From assembly GCA_964016885.1 (NCBI GenBank), contig OZ024743.1, forward strand, positions 142,910,001 to 142,974,000: a stretch of 64,000 bases of DNA, in the 5' to 3' direction. Positions within the stretch are counted from its first letter, which is position 1. Every line of letters begins with the position of its first letter. The position numbers and the translations under genes were made by a program. Of the stretch, positions 46,032-58,000 are shown one piece after another. The DNA is from Eledone cirrhosa. Its lineage: Eukaryota. The notes beneath the pieces are model-generated. The model did not search any database and was not told the DNA's origin. It was given only the letters and a program-made list of their open reading frames with translations.

Positions 46032-49000
46032 GGTGCTTGGAGCTTGGTGTTTGGTGTTTGGTGCTTGGTGCTTGGTGTTTGGTGCTTGGTGCTTGGTGTT
46101 GGTGTTTGGTGCTTGGTGCTTGGTGCTTGGTGTTTGGTGTTTGCTGTTTGCTGTTTGCTGTTTGCTGTTTGTTGTTTGCTGTTTGGTGTTTTGTGTTTGC
46201 TGTTTGGTGTTTGGAGTTTGCCCTTTGGTGCTTGCTATTTGGTGTTTGGTGTTTGCTGTTTGGTGTTTGGTGTTTGGTGTTTGGTGCTTGGTGCTTTGTT
46301 TTTGCTCTTTGGTGCTTTGTGCTTGGTCTTTGGTGTTTGGTGCTTGGTGCTTGGTGTTTGGTGCTTTGTGCCTGGTGTTTGTTGTTTGGTGTTTGGTCCT
46401 TGGTGCTTGGTGCTTGGTCTCTGGTGTTTGGTGCTTGGTGTTTGGTGTTTGGTGCTTGGTGCTTGGTGTTTGGTGTTTGGTGTTTGGTGCTTGGTGCTTG
46501 GTACTTGGTGTTTTGTGTTTGGTGCTTGGTGCTTGGTGCTTGGTGCTTGGTGTTTGGTGCTTGGTGTTTGGTGTTTAGTGCTTGGTGCTTGGTATTTGGT
46601 GTTTGGTGCTTGGTTCTTGGTGTTTGGTGTTTGGTGCTTGGTGCTTGGTGTTTGGTGTTTGGTGTTTGGTGCTCGGTGCTTGGTGCTTGGTGTTTCGTGC
46701 TTGGTGCTTGGTGTTTGGTCTTTGGTGCTTGGTGCTTGGTGTTTGGTGCTTGGTGCTTGGTGTTTGGTGTTTGCTGTTTGGTGTTTGCTGTTTGGTGTTT
46801 GCTGTTTGGTGTTTGCTGTTTGGTGCTTGGTGCTTGGTGTTTAGTGCATGGTGCTTGGTGCTTGGTGCTTGGTGTTTGGTGCTTGGTGCTTGGTGTTTGG
46901 TGCTTGGGGCTTGGTGCTTGGTGTTTGGTGCTTGGTGTTTGGTGTTTGTTGCTTGGTGCTTGGTGCTTGGTGTTTTGTGCTTGGAGCCTGGTGTTTGGTG
47001 TTTGGTGCTTGGTGCTTGGTGTTTGGTGTTTGGTGCTTGGTGCTTGGTGTTTGGTGTTTGGTACTTGGTGCTTGGTGTTTGGTGTTTGGTACTTGGTGCT
47101 TGGTGTTTGGTGCTTGGTGCTCGGTGCTTGGTGTTTGGTGCTTGGTGCTGGGTGTTTGGTGTTTGGTGATTGGTGCTTGGTGTTTGGTGCTTGGGGTTTG
47201 GTGCTTGGTGCTTGGTGATTGGTGTTTGGTGCTTGGTGCTTGGTGTATGGTGTTTGGTGCTTGGAGCTTGGTGTTTGGTGTTTGGTGCATGGTGCTTGGT
47301 GTTTGGTGCTTGGTGCTTGGTGTTGTTGTTTGGTGCTTGGTGCTTGGTGCTTGGTGTTTGGTGTTTGGTGTTTGCTGTTTGCTGTTTGGTGTTTGCTGTT
47401 TGGTGTTTGCTGTTTGGTGTTTGGTGTTTGGTGTTTGGTGTTTGCTGTTTGGTGTTTGGTGTTTGGTGTTTGGTGTTCGCTATTTGGTGTTTTGTGTTTG
47501 CTGTTTGGTGTTTGGTGTTTAGTGTTTGCTATTTGGTGTTTGGTGTTTGGGGTTTGGTGCTTGGGGCTTGGTGTTTGCTCTTTGGTGCTTGGTGATTGGT
47601 TTTTGGTGTTTGGTGCTTGGTGCTTGGTGTATGGTGTTTGGTGCTTGGTGCTTGGTGCTTGGTGCTTGGTGTTTGGTGTTTGGTGCTTGGTGCTTGGTCG
47701 TTTGGTGTTTGGTGCTTGGTGCTTGGTTCTGGGTGCTTGGTGCTTGGTGTTTGGTGTTTGGTGCTTGGTGCTTGGTGTTTGGTGCTTGGAGCTTGGTGAT
47801 TGGTGTTTGGTGCTTGGTGCTTAGTGCTTGGTGCTTGGTGCTTGGTGTTTGGTGCTTGGTGTTCGGTGCTTGGTGCTTGGTGCTAGGTGTTTGGTGTTTG
47901 GTGTTTGGCGCTTGGGGCTTGGTGTTTGGTGATTGGTGCTTGGTGTTTGGTGTTTGGTGCTTGGTGCTTGGTTTTTGGTGTTTGGTGCTTGGTGCTTGGT
48001 GCTTGGTGTTTGGTGTTTGGTGCTTGGAGCTTGGTGTTTGGTGTTTGGTGCTTGGTGCTTTGTTCTGGGTGCTTGGTGCTTGGTGTTTGGTGTTTGGTGC
48101 TGGGTGCTTGGTGTTTGATGCTTGGGGCTTGGTGATTGGTGTTTGGTTCTTGGTGCTTGGTGCTTGGTGCTTGGTGCTTGGTGTTTGGTGCTTGGTGTTT
48201 GGTGCTTGGTGCTTGGTGCTAGGTGTTTGGTGTTTGGTGTTTGGCGCTTGGTGTTTGGTGTTTGGTGATTTGTGCTTGGTGTTTCGTGTTTGGTGCTTGG
48301 TGCTTGGTGTTTGGTGTTTGGTGCTTGGCGCTTGGTGTTTGGTGTTTGGTGCTGGGCGTTTGCTGTTTGGCGTTTGGGGTTTGGCATTTGCTTTTTTGCG
48401 TTTGCTGTTTAGTGTTTGGTGCTTGGTGTTTGGTGTTTGGTACTTGGTGCTTGGTGTTTGGTGTTTGGTGCTTGGTGCTTGGTGTTTGGTGATTGGTGCT
48501 TGGTGTTTGGTGCTTGGGATTTGGTGCTTGGTGCTTGGTGTTTGGTGTTTGGAGTTTGCTGTTTGGTGTTTGCTGTTTGGTGTTTTGTGTTTGCTGTTTA
48601 GTGCTTGGAGTTTGCTCTTTGGTTTTTGCTATTTGGTGTTTGGTGTTTGCTGTTTGGTGTTTGGTGTTTGGTGTTTGGTGTTTGGTGCTTGGTGTTTGGT
48701 GCTTGGTGTTTTGTTTTTGCTCTTTGGTGATTTGGGCTTGGTGTTTGGTGTTTGGTGCTTGGTGCTTGCTGCTTGGTGCTTGGTGCTTGGTGCCTGGTGT
48801 TTGGTGTTTGGTGTTTGGTGCTTGGTGCTTGGTGCTTTGTGTTTTTGCTTGGTGCTTGGTGATTGGTGCTTGGTGCCTGGTGTTTGGTGTTTGGTGTTTG
48901 GTGCTTGGTGCTTGGTGTTTGGTGTGTGGTACTTGGTGCTTGGTGTTTGGTGCTTGGTGCTTGGTTCTTGGTGTTCGGTGTTTGGTGATTGGTGCTTGGT

Positions 49001-50583
49001 GTTTGGTGCTTGGGGTTTGGTGCTTGGTGCTTGGTTCTTGGTGTTTGGTGTTTGGTGATTGGTGCCTGGTGTTTGGTGTTTGGTGTTTGGTGCTTGGTGC
49101 TTGGTGATTGGTGTTTGGTGCTTGGTGCTTGGTGTTTGGTGTCTGGTGTTTGGAGCTTGGTGTTTGGTGTTTGGTGCTTGGTGCTTGGTGCTTGGTGTTT
49201 GGTGTTTGGTGCTTGGAGCTTGGTGTTTGGTGTTTGGTGCTTGGTGCTTTGTTCTGGGTGCTTGGTGCTTGGTGTTTGGTGTTTGGTGCTGGGTGCTTGG
49301 TGTTTGGTGCTTGGGGCTTGGTGATTGGTGTTTGGTGCTTGGTGCTTGATGCTTGGTGCTTCGTGCTTGGTGTTTGGTGCTTGGTGTTTGGTGCTTGGTG
49401 CTTGGTGCTAGGTGTTTGGTGTTTGGTGTTTGGCGCTTGGTGTTTGGTGTTTGGTACTTGGTGCTTGGTGTTTGGTGTTTGGTGCTTGTTTCTTGGTGTT
49501 TGGTGTTTGGTGCTTGGCGCTTGGTGTTTGGTGTTTGGTGCTTGGCGTTTGCTGTTTAGCGTTTGGGGTTTGGCATTTGCTGTTTGGCGTTTGGGGTTTG
49601 GCGTTTGCTTTTTGGCGTTTGCTGTTTGGTGTTTGGTGTTTGGTGTTTGCTGTTTGGTGTTTGCTGTTTGGTGTTTGCTGTTTGGTGTTTGCTGTTTGGT
49701 GCTTGGTGCTTGGTGTTTGGTGCATGGTGCTTGGTGCTTGGTGCTTGGTGTTTGGTGCTCGGTGCTTGGTGTTTGGTGCTTGGGGCTTGGTGCTTGGTGT
49801 TTGGTGCTTGGTGTTTGGTGTTTGTTGCTTGGTGCTTGGTGTTTGGTGTTTGGTGCTTGGTGTTTGCTGTTTGGTGCTTGGTGCTTGGTGTTTGGTGCTT
49901 GCGGCTTGGTTCTTGGTGTTTGGTGCTTGGTGTTTGGTGTTTGTTGCTTGGTGCTTGGTGTTTGGTGTTTGGTGCTTGGTGTTTGCTGTTTGGTGCTTGG
50001 TGCTTGGTGTTTGGTGCTTGGTGCTTGGTGCTTGGTGCTTGGTGTTTGGTGTTTGGTGCTTGGTGCTTGGTACTTGGTGTTTTGTGTTTGGTGCTTGCTG
50101 CTTGGTGCTTGGTGCTTGGTGTTTGGTGCTTGGTGCTTGATGCTTGGTGCATGATGCTTGGTGTTTGGTGTTTAGTGCTTGGTGCTTGGTATTTGGTGTT
50201 TGGTGCTTGGTTCTTGGTGTTTGGTGTTTGGTGCTTGGTGCTTGGTGTTTGGTGTTTGGTGTTTGGTGCTTGGTGCTTGGTGTTTGGTGATTGGTGCTTG
50301 GTACTTGGTGTTTGGTGCTCGGTGCTTGGTGCTTGGTGTTTCGTTCTTGGTGCTTGGTGTTTGGTCTTTGGCGCTTGGTGCTTGGTGTTTGGTGCTTGGT
50401 GTTTGGCGTTTGATGTTTGGCGTTTGTTGTTTGTTGTTTGCTGTTTGGTGTTTGATGTTTGGTGTTTGGTGTTTGGTGTTTGCTGTTTGATGTTTGGTGA
50501 TTGCTGTTTGATGTTTGGTGTTTGGTGCTTGGTGCTTGGTGTTTTGTGCTTGGTGTTTGGTGCTTGGGGTTTGGTGCTTGGTG

Positions 50584-50594
50584 TTTTTTTTTTT
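50584..50594 (+). repeat. T11 homopolymer, copy 3 of 3
   Basis: Same length and flanks as the run at 31216. Confidence 0.9.
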
Positions 50595-51899
50595 GGTGCT
50601 TGGAGCTTGGTGTTTGGTGTTTGGTGCTTGGTGCTTGGTGTTTGGTGCTTGGTGCTTGGTGTTGGTGTTTGGTGCTTGGTGCTTGGTGCTTGGTGTTTGG
50701 TGTTTGCTGTTTGCTGTTTGCTGTTTGCTGTTTGTTGTTTGCTGTTTGGTGTTTTGTGTTTGCTGTTTGGTGTTTGGAGTTTGCCCTTTGGTGTTTGCTA
50801 TTTGGTGTTTGGTGTTTGCTGTTTGGTGTTTGGTGTTTGGTGTTTGGTGCTTGGTGCTTTGTTTTTGCTCTTTGGTGCTTTGTGCTTGGTCTTTGGTGTT
50901 TGGTGCTTGGTGCTTGGTGTTTGGTGCTTTGTGCCTGGTGTTTGTTGTTTGGTGTTTGGTCCTTGGTGCTTGGTGCTTGGTCTCTGGTGCTTGGTGCTTG
51001 GTGTTTGGTGTTTGGTGCTTGGTGCTTGGTGTTTGGTGTTTGGTGTTTGGTGCTTGGTGCTTGGTACTTGGTGTTTTGTGTTTGGTGCTTGGTGCTTGGT
51101 GCTTGGTGTTTGGTGCTTGGTGTTTGGTGTTTAGTGCTTGGTGCTTGGTATTTGGTGTTTGGTGCTTGGTTCTTGGTGTTTGGTGTTTGGTGCTTGGTGC
51201 TTGGTGTTTGGTGTTTGGTGTTTGGTGCTCGGTGCTTGGTGCTTGGTGTTTCGTGCTTGGTGCTTGGTGTTTGGTCTTTGGTGCTTGGTGCTTGGTGTTT
51301 GGTGCTTGGTGCTTGGTGTTTGGTGTTTGGCGTATGGTGTTTGGTGCTTGGTGCTTGGTGTTTGGTGTTTGCTGTTTGGTGTTTGCTGTTTGGTGTTTGC
51401 TGTTTGGTGTTTGCTGTTTGGTGCTTGGTGCTTGGTGTTTAGTGCATGGTGCTTGGTGCTTGGTGCTTGGTGTTTGGTGCTTGGTGCTTGGTGTTTGGTG
51501 CTTGGGGCTTGGTGCTTGGTGTTTGGTGCTTGGTGTTTGGTGTTTGTTGCTTGGTGCTTGGTGCTTGGTGTTTTGTGCTTGGAGCCTGGTGTTTGGTGTT
51601 TGGTGCTTGGTGCTTGGTGTTTGGTGTTTGGTGCTTGGTGCTTGGTGTTTGGTGTTTGGTACTTGGTGCTTGGTGTTTGGTGTTTGGTACTTGGTGCTTG
51701 GTGTTTGGTGCTTGGTGCTCGGTGCTTGGTGTTTGGTGATTGGTGCTTGGTGTTTGGTGCTTGGGGTTTGGTGCTTGGTGCTTGGTGATTGGTGTTTGGT
51801 GCTTGGTGCTTGGTGTATGGTGTTTGGTGCTTGGAGCTTGGTGTTTGGTGTTTGGTGCTTGGTGCTTGGTGTTTGGTGCTTGGTGCTTGGTGTTGTTGC

Positions 51900-54220
51900 T
51901 TGGTGCTTGGTGCTTGGTGCTTGGTGTTTGGTGTTTGGTGTTTGCTGTTTGCTGTTTGGTGTTTGCTGTTTGGTGTTTGCTGTTTGGTGTTTGGTGTTTG
52001 GTGTTTGGTGTTAGCTGTTTGGTGTTTGGTGTTTGGTGTTTGGTGTTCGTGATTTGGTGTTTTGTGTTTGCTGTTTGGTGTTTGGTGTTTAGTGTTTGCT
52101 ATTTGGTGTTTGGTGTTTGGGGTTTGGTGCTTGGGGCTTGGTGTTTGCTCTTTGGTGCTTGGTGATTGGTTTTTGGTGTTTGGTGCTTGGTGCTTGGTGT
52201 ATGGTGTTTGGTGCTTGGTGCTTGGTGCTTGGTGCTTGGTGTTTGGTGTTTGGTGCTTGGTGCTTGGTAGTTTGGTGTTTGGTGCTTGGTGCTTGGTTCT
52301 GGGTGCTTGGTGCTTGGTGTTTGGTGTTTGGTGCTTGGTGCTTGGTGTTTGGTGCTTGGGGCTTGGTGATTGGTGTTTGGTGCTTGGTGCTTGGTGCTTG
52401 GTGCTTGGTGCTTGGTGTTTGGTGCTTGGTGTTCGGTGCTTGGTGCTTGGTGCTAGGTGTTTGGTGTTTGGTGTTTGGCGCTTGGGGCTTGGTGTTTGGT
52501 GATTGGTGCTTGGTGTTTGGTGTTTGGTGCTTGGTGCTTGGTGTTTGGTGTTTGGTGCTTGGTGCTTGGTGCTTGGTGTTTGGTGTTTGGTGCTTGGAGC
52601 TTGGTGTTTGGTGTTTGGTGCTTGGTGCTTTGTTCTGGGTGCTTGGTGCTTGGTGTTTGGTGTTTGGTGCTGGGTGCTTGGTGTTTGATGCTTGGGGCTT
52701 GGTGATTGGTGTTTGGTGCTTGGTGCTTGGTGCTTGGTGCTTGGTGCTTGGTGTTTGGTGCTTGGTGTTTGGTGCTTGGTGCTTGGTGCTAGGTGTTTGG
52801 TGTTTGGTGTTTGGTGCTTGGTGTTTGGTGTTTGGTGCTTGGCGCTTGGTGTTTGGTGTTTGGTGCTGGGCGTTTGCTGTTTGGCGTTTGGGGTTTGGCA
52901 TTTGCTTTTTTGCGTTTGCTGTTTAGTGTTTGGTGCTTGGTGTTTGGTGTTTGGTACTTGGTGCTTGGTGTTTGGTGTTTGGTCCTTGGTGCTTGGTGTT
53001 TGGTGATTGGTGCTTGGTGTTTGGTGCTTGGGATTTGGTGCTTGGTGCTTGGTGCTTGGTGTTTGGTGTTTGGTGTTTGCTGTTTGCTGTTTGGTGTTTG
53101 CTGTTTGGTGTTTGCTGTTTGGTGTTTGGTGTTTGGTGTTTGGTGTTTGCTGTTTGGTGTTTGGTGTTTGGTGTTTGGTGTTCGCTATTTGGTGTTTTGT
53201 GTTTGCTGTTTGGTGTTTGGTGTTTAGTGTTTGCTATTTGGTGTTTGGTGTTTGGGGTTTGGTGCTTGGGGCTTGGTGTTTGCTCTTTGGTGCTTGGTGA
53301 TTGGTTTTTGGTGTTTGGTGCTTGGTGCTTGGTGTATGGTGTTTGGTGCTTGGTGCTTGGTGCTTGGTGCTTGGTGTTTGGTGTTTGGTGCTTGGTGCTT
53401 GGTAGTTTGGTGTTTGGTGCTTGGTGCTTGGTTCTGGGTGCTTGGTGCTTGGTGTTTGGTGTTTGGTGCTTGGTGCTTGGTGTTTGGTGCTTGGGGCTTG
53501 GTGATTGGTGTTTGGTGCTTGGTGCTTGGTGCTTGGTGCTTGGTGCTTGGTGTTTGGTGCTTGGTGTTCGGTGCTTGGTGCTTGGTGCTAGGTGTTTGGT
53601 GTTTGGTGTTTGGCGCTTGGGGCTTGGTGTTTGGTGATTGGTGCTTGGTGTTTGGTGTTTGGTGCTTGGTGCTTGGTGTTTGGTGTTTGGTGCTTGGTGC
53701 TTGGTGCTTGGTGTTTGGTGTTTGGTGCTTGGAGCTTGGTGTTTGGTGTTTGGTGCTTGGTGCTTTGTTCTGGGTGCTTGGTGCTTGGTGTTTGGTGTTT
53801 GGTGCTGGGTGCTTGGTGTTTGATGCTTGGGGCTTGGTGATTGGTGTTTGGTGCTTGGTGCTTGGTGCTTGGTGCTTGGTGCTTGGTGTTTGGTGCTTGG
53901 TGCTTGGTGCTTGGTGCTAGGTGTTTGGTGTTTGGTGTTTGGCGCTTGGTGTTTGGTGTTTGGTGATTTGTGCTTGGTGTTTCGTGTTTGGTGCTTGGTG
54001 CTTGGTGTTTGGTGTTTGGTGCTTGGCGCTTGGTGTTTGGTGTTTGGTGCTGGGCGTTTGCTGTTTGGCGTTTGGGGTTTGGCATTTGCTTTTTTGCGTT
54101 TGCTGTTTAGTGTTTGGTGCTTGGTGTTTGGTGTTTGGTACTTGGTGCTTGGTGTTTGGTGTTTGGTCCTTGGTGCTTGGTGTTTGGTGATTGGTGCTTG
54201 GTGTTTGGTGCTTGGGATTT
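51900..54220. repeat. ~1135-bp tandem duplication
   Basis: The 8-mer GGTAGTTT occurs at 52266 and 53401. ORF twins 52096/53231, 52457/53592 and 52503/53638 are all offset by 1135. Confidence 0.92.
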
Positions 54221-55099
54221 GGTGCTTGGTGCTTGGTGTTTGGTGTTTGGAGTTTGCTGTTTGGTGTTTGCTGTTTGGTGTTTTGTGTTTGCTGTTTGGT
54301 GCTTGGAGTTTGCTCTTTGGTTTTTGCTATTTGGTGTTTGGTGTTTGCTGTTTGGTGTTTGGTGTTTGGTGTTTGGTGTTTGGTGCTTGGTGTTTGGTGT
54401 TTGGTGCTTGGTGTTTTGTTTTTGCTCTTTGGTGATTTGGGCTTGGTGCTTGGTGTTTGGTGCTTGGTGCTTGCTGCTTTGTGCTTGGTGCTTGGTGCCT
54501 GGTGTTTGGTGTTTGGTGTTTGTTGCTTGGTGCTTGGTGCTTTGTGTTTTTGCTTGGTGCTTGGTGATTGGTGCTTGGTGCCTGGTGTTTGGTGTTTGGT
54601 GTTTGGTGCTTGGTGCTTGGTGTTTGGTGTGTGGTACTTGGTGCTTGGTGTTTGGTGCTTGGTGCTTGGTGCTTGGTGCTTGGTGCTTGGTGTTTGGTGC
54701 TTGGTGCTTGGTTCTTGGTGTTCGGTGTTTGGTGATTGGTGCTTGGTGTTTGGTGCTTGGGGTTTGGTGCTTGGTGCTTGGTTCTTGGTGTTTGGTGTTT
54801 GGTGATTGGTGCTTGGTGTTTGGTGCTTGGGGTTTGGTGCTTGGTGCTTGGTGATTGGTGTTTGGTGCTTGGTGCTTGGTGTTTGGTGTTTGGTGCTTGG
54901 AGCTTGGTGTTTGGTGTTTGGTGCTTGGTGCTTGGTGCTTGGTGTTTGGTGTTTGGTGCTTGGAGCTTGGTGTTTGGTGTTTGGTGCTTGGTGCTTTGTT
55001 CTGGGTGCTTGGTGCTTGGTGTTTGGTGTTTGGTGCTGGGTGCTTGGTGTTTGGTGCTTGGGGCTTGGTGATTGGTGTTTGGTGCTTGGTGCTTGGTGC

Positions 55100-58000
55100 T
55101 TCGTGCTTCGTGCTTGGTGTTTGGTGCTTGGTGTTTGGTGCTTGGTGCTTGGTGCTAGGTGTTTGGTGTTTGGTGTTTGGCGCTTGGTGTTTGGTGTTTG
55201 GTACTTGGTGCTTGGTGTTTGGTGTTTGGTGCTTGGTGCTTGGTGTTTGGTGTTTGGTGCTTAGCGCTTGGTGTTTGGTGTTTGGTGCTTGGCGTTTGCT
55301 GTTTAGCGTTTGGGGTTTGGCATTTGCTGTTTGGCGTTTGGGGTTTGGCGTTTGCTTTTTGGCGTTTGCTGTTTGGTGTTTGGTGTTTGGTGTTTGCTGT
55401 TTGGTGTTTGCTGTTTGGTGTTTGCTGTTTGGTGTCTACTGTTTGGTGCTTGGTGCTTGGTGTTTGGTGCATGGTGCTTGGTGCTTGGTGCTTGGTGTTT
55501 GGTGCTCGGTGCTTGGTGTTTGGTGCTTGGGGCTTGGTGCTTGGTGTTTGGTGCTTGGTGTTTGGTGTTTGTTGCTTGGTGCTTGGTGTTTGGTGTTTGG
55601 TGCTTGGTGTTTGCTGTTTGGTGCTTGGTGCTTGGTGTTTGGTGCTTGGTGCTTGGTGCTTGGTGTTTGGAGCTTGGTGATTGGTGCTTGGTGTTTGGTG
55701 TTTGGTGCTTGGTGTTTGGTGCTTGGAGCTTGGTGCTTGGTTTTTGGTGCTTGGTGTTTGGTGTTTGGTGTTTGGTGCTTGGTGCTTGATGCTTGGTGCT
55801 TGGTGCTTGGTGTTTGGTGTTTAGTGCTTGGTGCTTGGTATTTGGTGTGTGGTGCTTGGTGCTTGGTGTTTGGTGTTTGGTGCTTGGTGCTTGGTGTTTG
55901 GTGTTTGGTGCTTGGTGCTTGGTGTTTGGTGATTGGTGCTTGGTACTTGGTGTTTGGTGCTCGGTGCTTGGTGCTTGGTGTTTCGTGCTTGGTGCTTGGT
56001 GTTTGGTCTTTGGCGCTTGGTGCTTGGTGTTTGGTGCTTGGTACTTGGTGTTCGGTGTTTGGCGTTTGGTGTTTGGTGCTTGGTGCTTGGTGCTTGGATT
56101 TTGGTGTTTGGTGCTTGGTGCTTGGTGTTTGGTGTTTGGTGATTGGTGCTTGGTGTTTGGTGCTTGGGATTTGGTGCTTGGTGCTTGGTATTTGGTGTTT
56201 GGAGTTTGGTACTTGGTGCTTGGTGTTTGGTGTTTGGTGCTTGGTGCTTGGTATTTGGTGTTTAGTGCTTGGTGCTTGGTTCTTGGTGTTTGGTGCTTGG
56301 TGCTTGGTGATTGGTGTTTGGTGTTTGGTGCTTGGTGCTTGGTGTTTGGTGATTGGTGCTTGGTACTAGGTGTTTGGTGCTCGGTGCTTGGTGCTTGGTG
56401 TTTGGTGCTTGGTGCTTGGTTCTGGGTGCTTGGTGCTTGGTGTTTGGTGTTTGGTGCTTGGTGTTTGGTGTTTGGTGCTTGGGGCTTGGTGATTGGTGTT
56501 TGGTGCTTGGTGTTTGGTGCTTGGTGCTTGCTGCTAGGTGTTTGGTGTTTGGTGCTTGGCGCTTGGTGCTTGGTGTTTGGTGATTGGTGCTTGGTGTTTG
56601 GTGTTTGGTGCTTGGTGCTTGGTGTTTGGTGTTTGGTGCTTGGCGCTTGATGTTTGGTGTTTGGTGCTTGGCGTTTGCTGTTTGGCGTTTGGGGTTTGGC
56701 ATTTGCTGTTTGGCGTATGGGCTTTGGCGTTTTTCTTTTTGGCGTTTGCTGTTTGGTGTTTGGTGCTTGGTGTTTGGTGTTTGGTACTTGGTGCTTGGTG
56801 TTTGGTGTTTGGTGCTTGGTGCTTGGTGCTTGGTGTTTGGTGTTTGGTGCTTGGCGCTTGGTTTTTGGCGTTTGGCGCTTGCTGTCTGGCGTTTGGGGTT
56901 TGGCATTTGCTGTTTGGCGTTTGGGGTTTGGCGTTTGCTTCTTGGCGTTTGCTATTTGGTGTTTGGTGTTTGGTGTTTGCTGTTTGGTGTTTGCTGTTTG
57001 GTGTTTGCTGTTTGGTGTTTGGTGTTTGGTGTTTGCTGTTTGGTGTTTGCTGTTTGGTGCTTGGTGCTTGGTGTTTGGTGCATGGTGCTTGGTGCTTGGT
57101 GCTTGGTGTTTGGTGCTTGGTGCTTGGTGTTTGGTGCTTGGGGTTTGGTGCTTGGTGTTTGGTGCTTGGTATTTGGTGTTTGGTGCTTGGTGCTTGGTGT
57201 TTGGTGTTTGGTGCTTGGTGTTTGGTGCTTGGTGCTTGGTGCTTGGTGTTTGGTGCTTGGTGCTTGGTGCTTGGTGCTTGGTGCTTGGTGTTTGGTGCTT
57301 GGTGCTTGGTGCTTGGTGCTTGGTGTTTGGTGTTTAGTGCTTGGTGCTTGGTGTTTGGTGTTTGGTGCTCGGTGCTTGGTGTCTGGTGCTTGGTGCTTGG
57401 TGCTTGCTGTTTGGTGCTTGGTGTTTGGTGCTTGGTGTTTGGTGTTTGGTGCTTGGGGCTTGGTGTTTGGTGCTTGGTGCTTGGTGCTTGGTGTTTGGTG
57501 CTTGGTGCTTGGTGCTTTGTGTTTGGTGTTTAGTGCTTGGTGCTTGGTGTTTGGTGTTTGGTGCTTGGTGCTTGGTGTTTGGTGTTTGGTGTTTGGTGCT
57601 TGGTGTTTGGTGTTTGGTGTTTGGTGTTTGCTGTTTGGTGATTCGTGATTGGTGTTTGATGTTTGGTGTTTGGTGTTGGGTGTTTGGTGCTTGGGGCTTC
57701 GTGTTTGCTCTTTGGTGCTTGGTGATTGGTGTTTGGTGTTGTGTGCTTGGTGCTTGGTGCTTGGTGCTTTGTGTTTGTTGCTTGGTGCTTGGTGCTTGGC
57801 GATTGGTGCTTGGTGCTTGGTGTTTGATGTGTGGTGCTTGGTGTTTGGTGCTTGGGATTTGGTGCTTGGTGCTTGGTGTTTGGTGTTTGGAGTTTGCTAC
57901 TTGGTGCTTGGTGTTTGGTGTTTGGTGCTTGGTGCTTGGTGTTTGGTGTTTAGTGATTGGTTCTTGGTTCTTGGTGTTTGGTGCTTGGTGCTTGGTGATT

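Larger units (their letters stand above)
45490..55650. repeat. ~4.56 kb tandem duplication whose second copy is expanded by an internal ~1.14 kb duplication
   Basis: GATGCTTGGTGCATGAT occurs at 45576/50139 and a T11 run at 46021/50584 (both 4563 apart). Downstream offsets rise to about 5700 (48223/53921, 48416/54114, 49412/55159). Confidence 0.9.
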
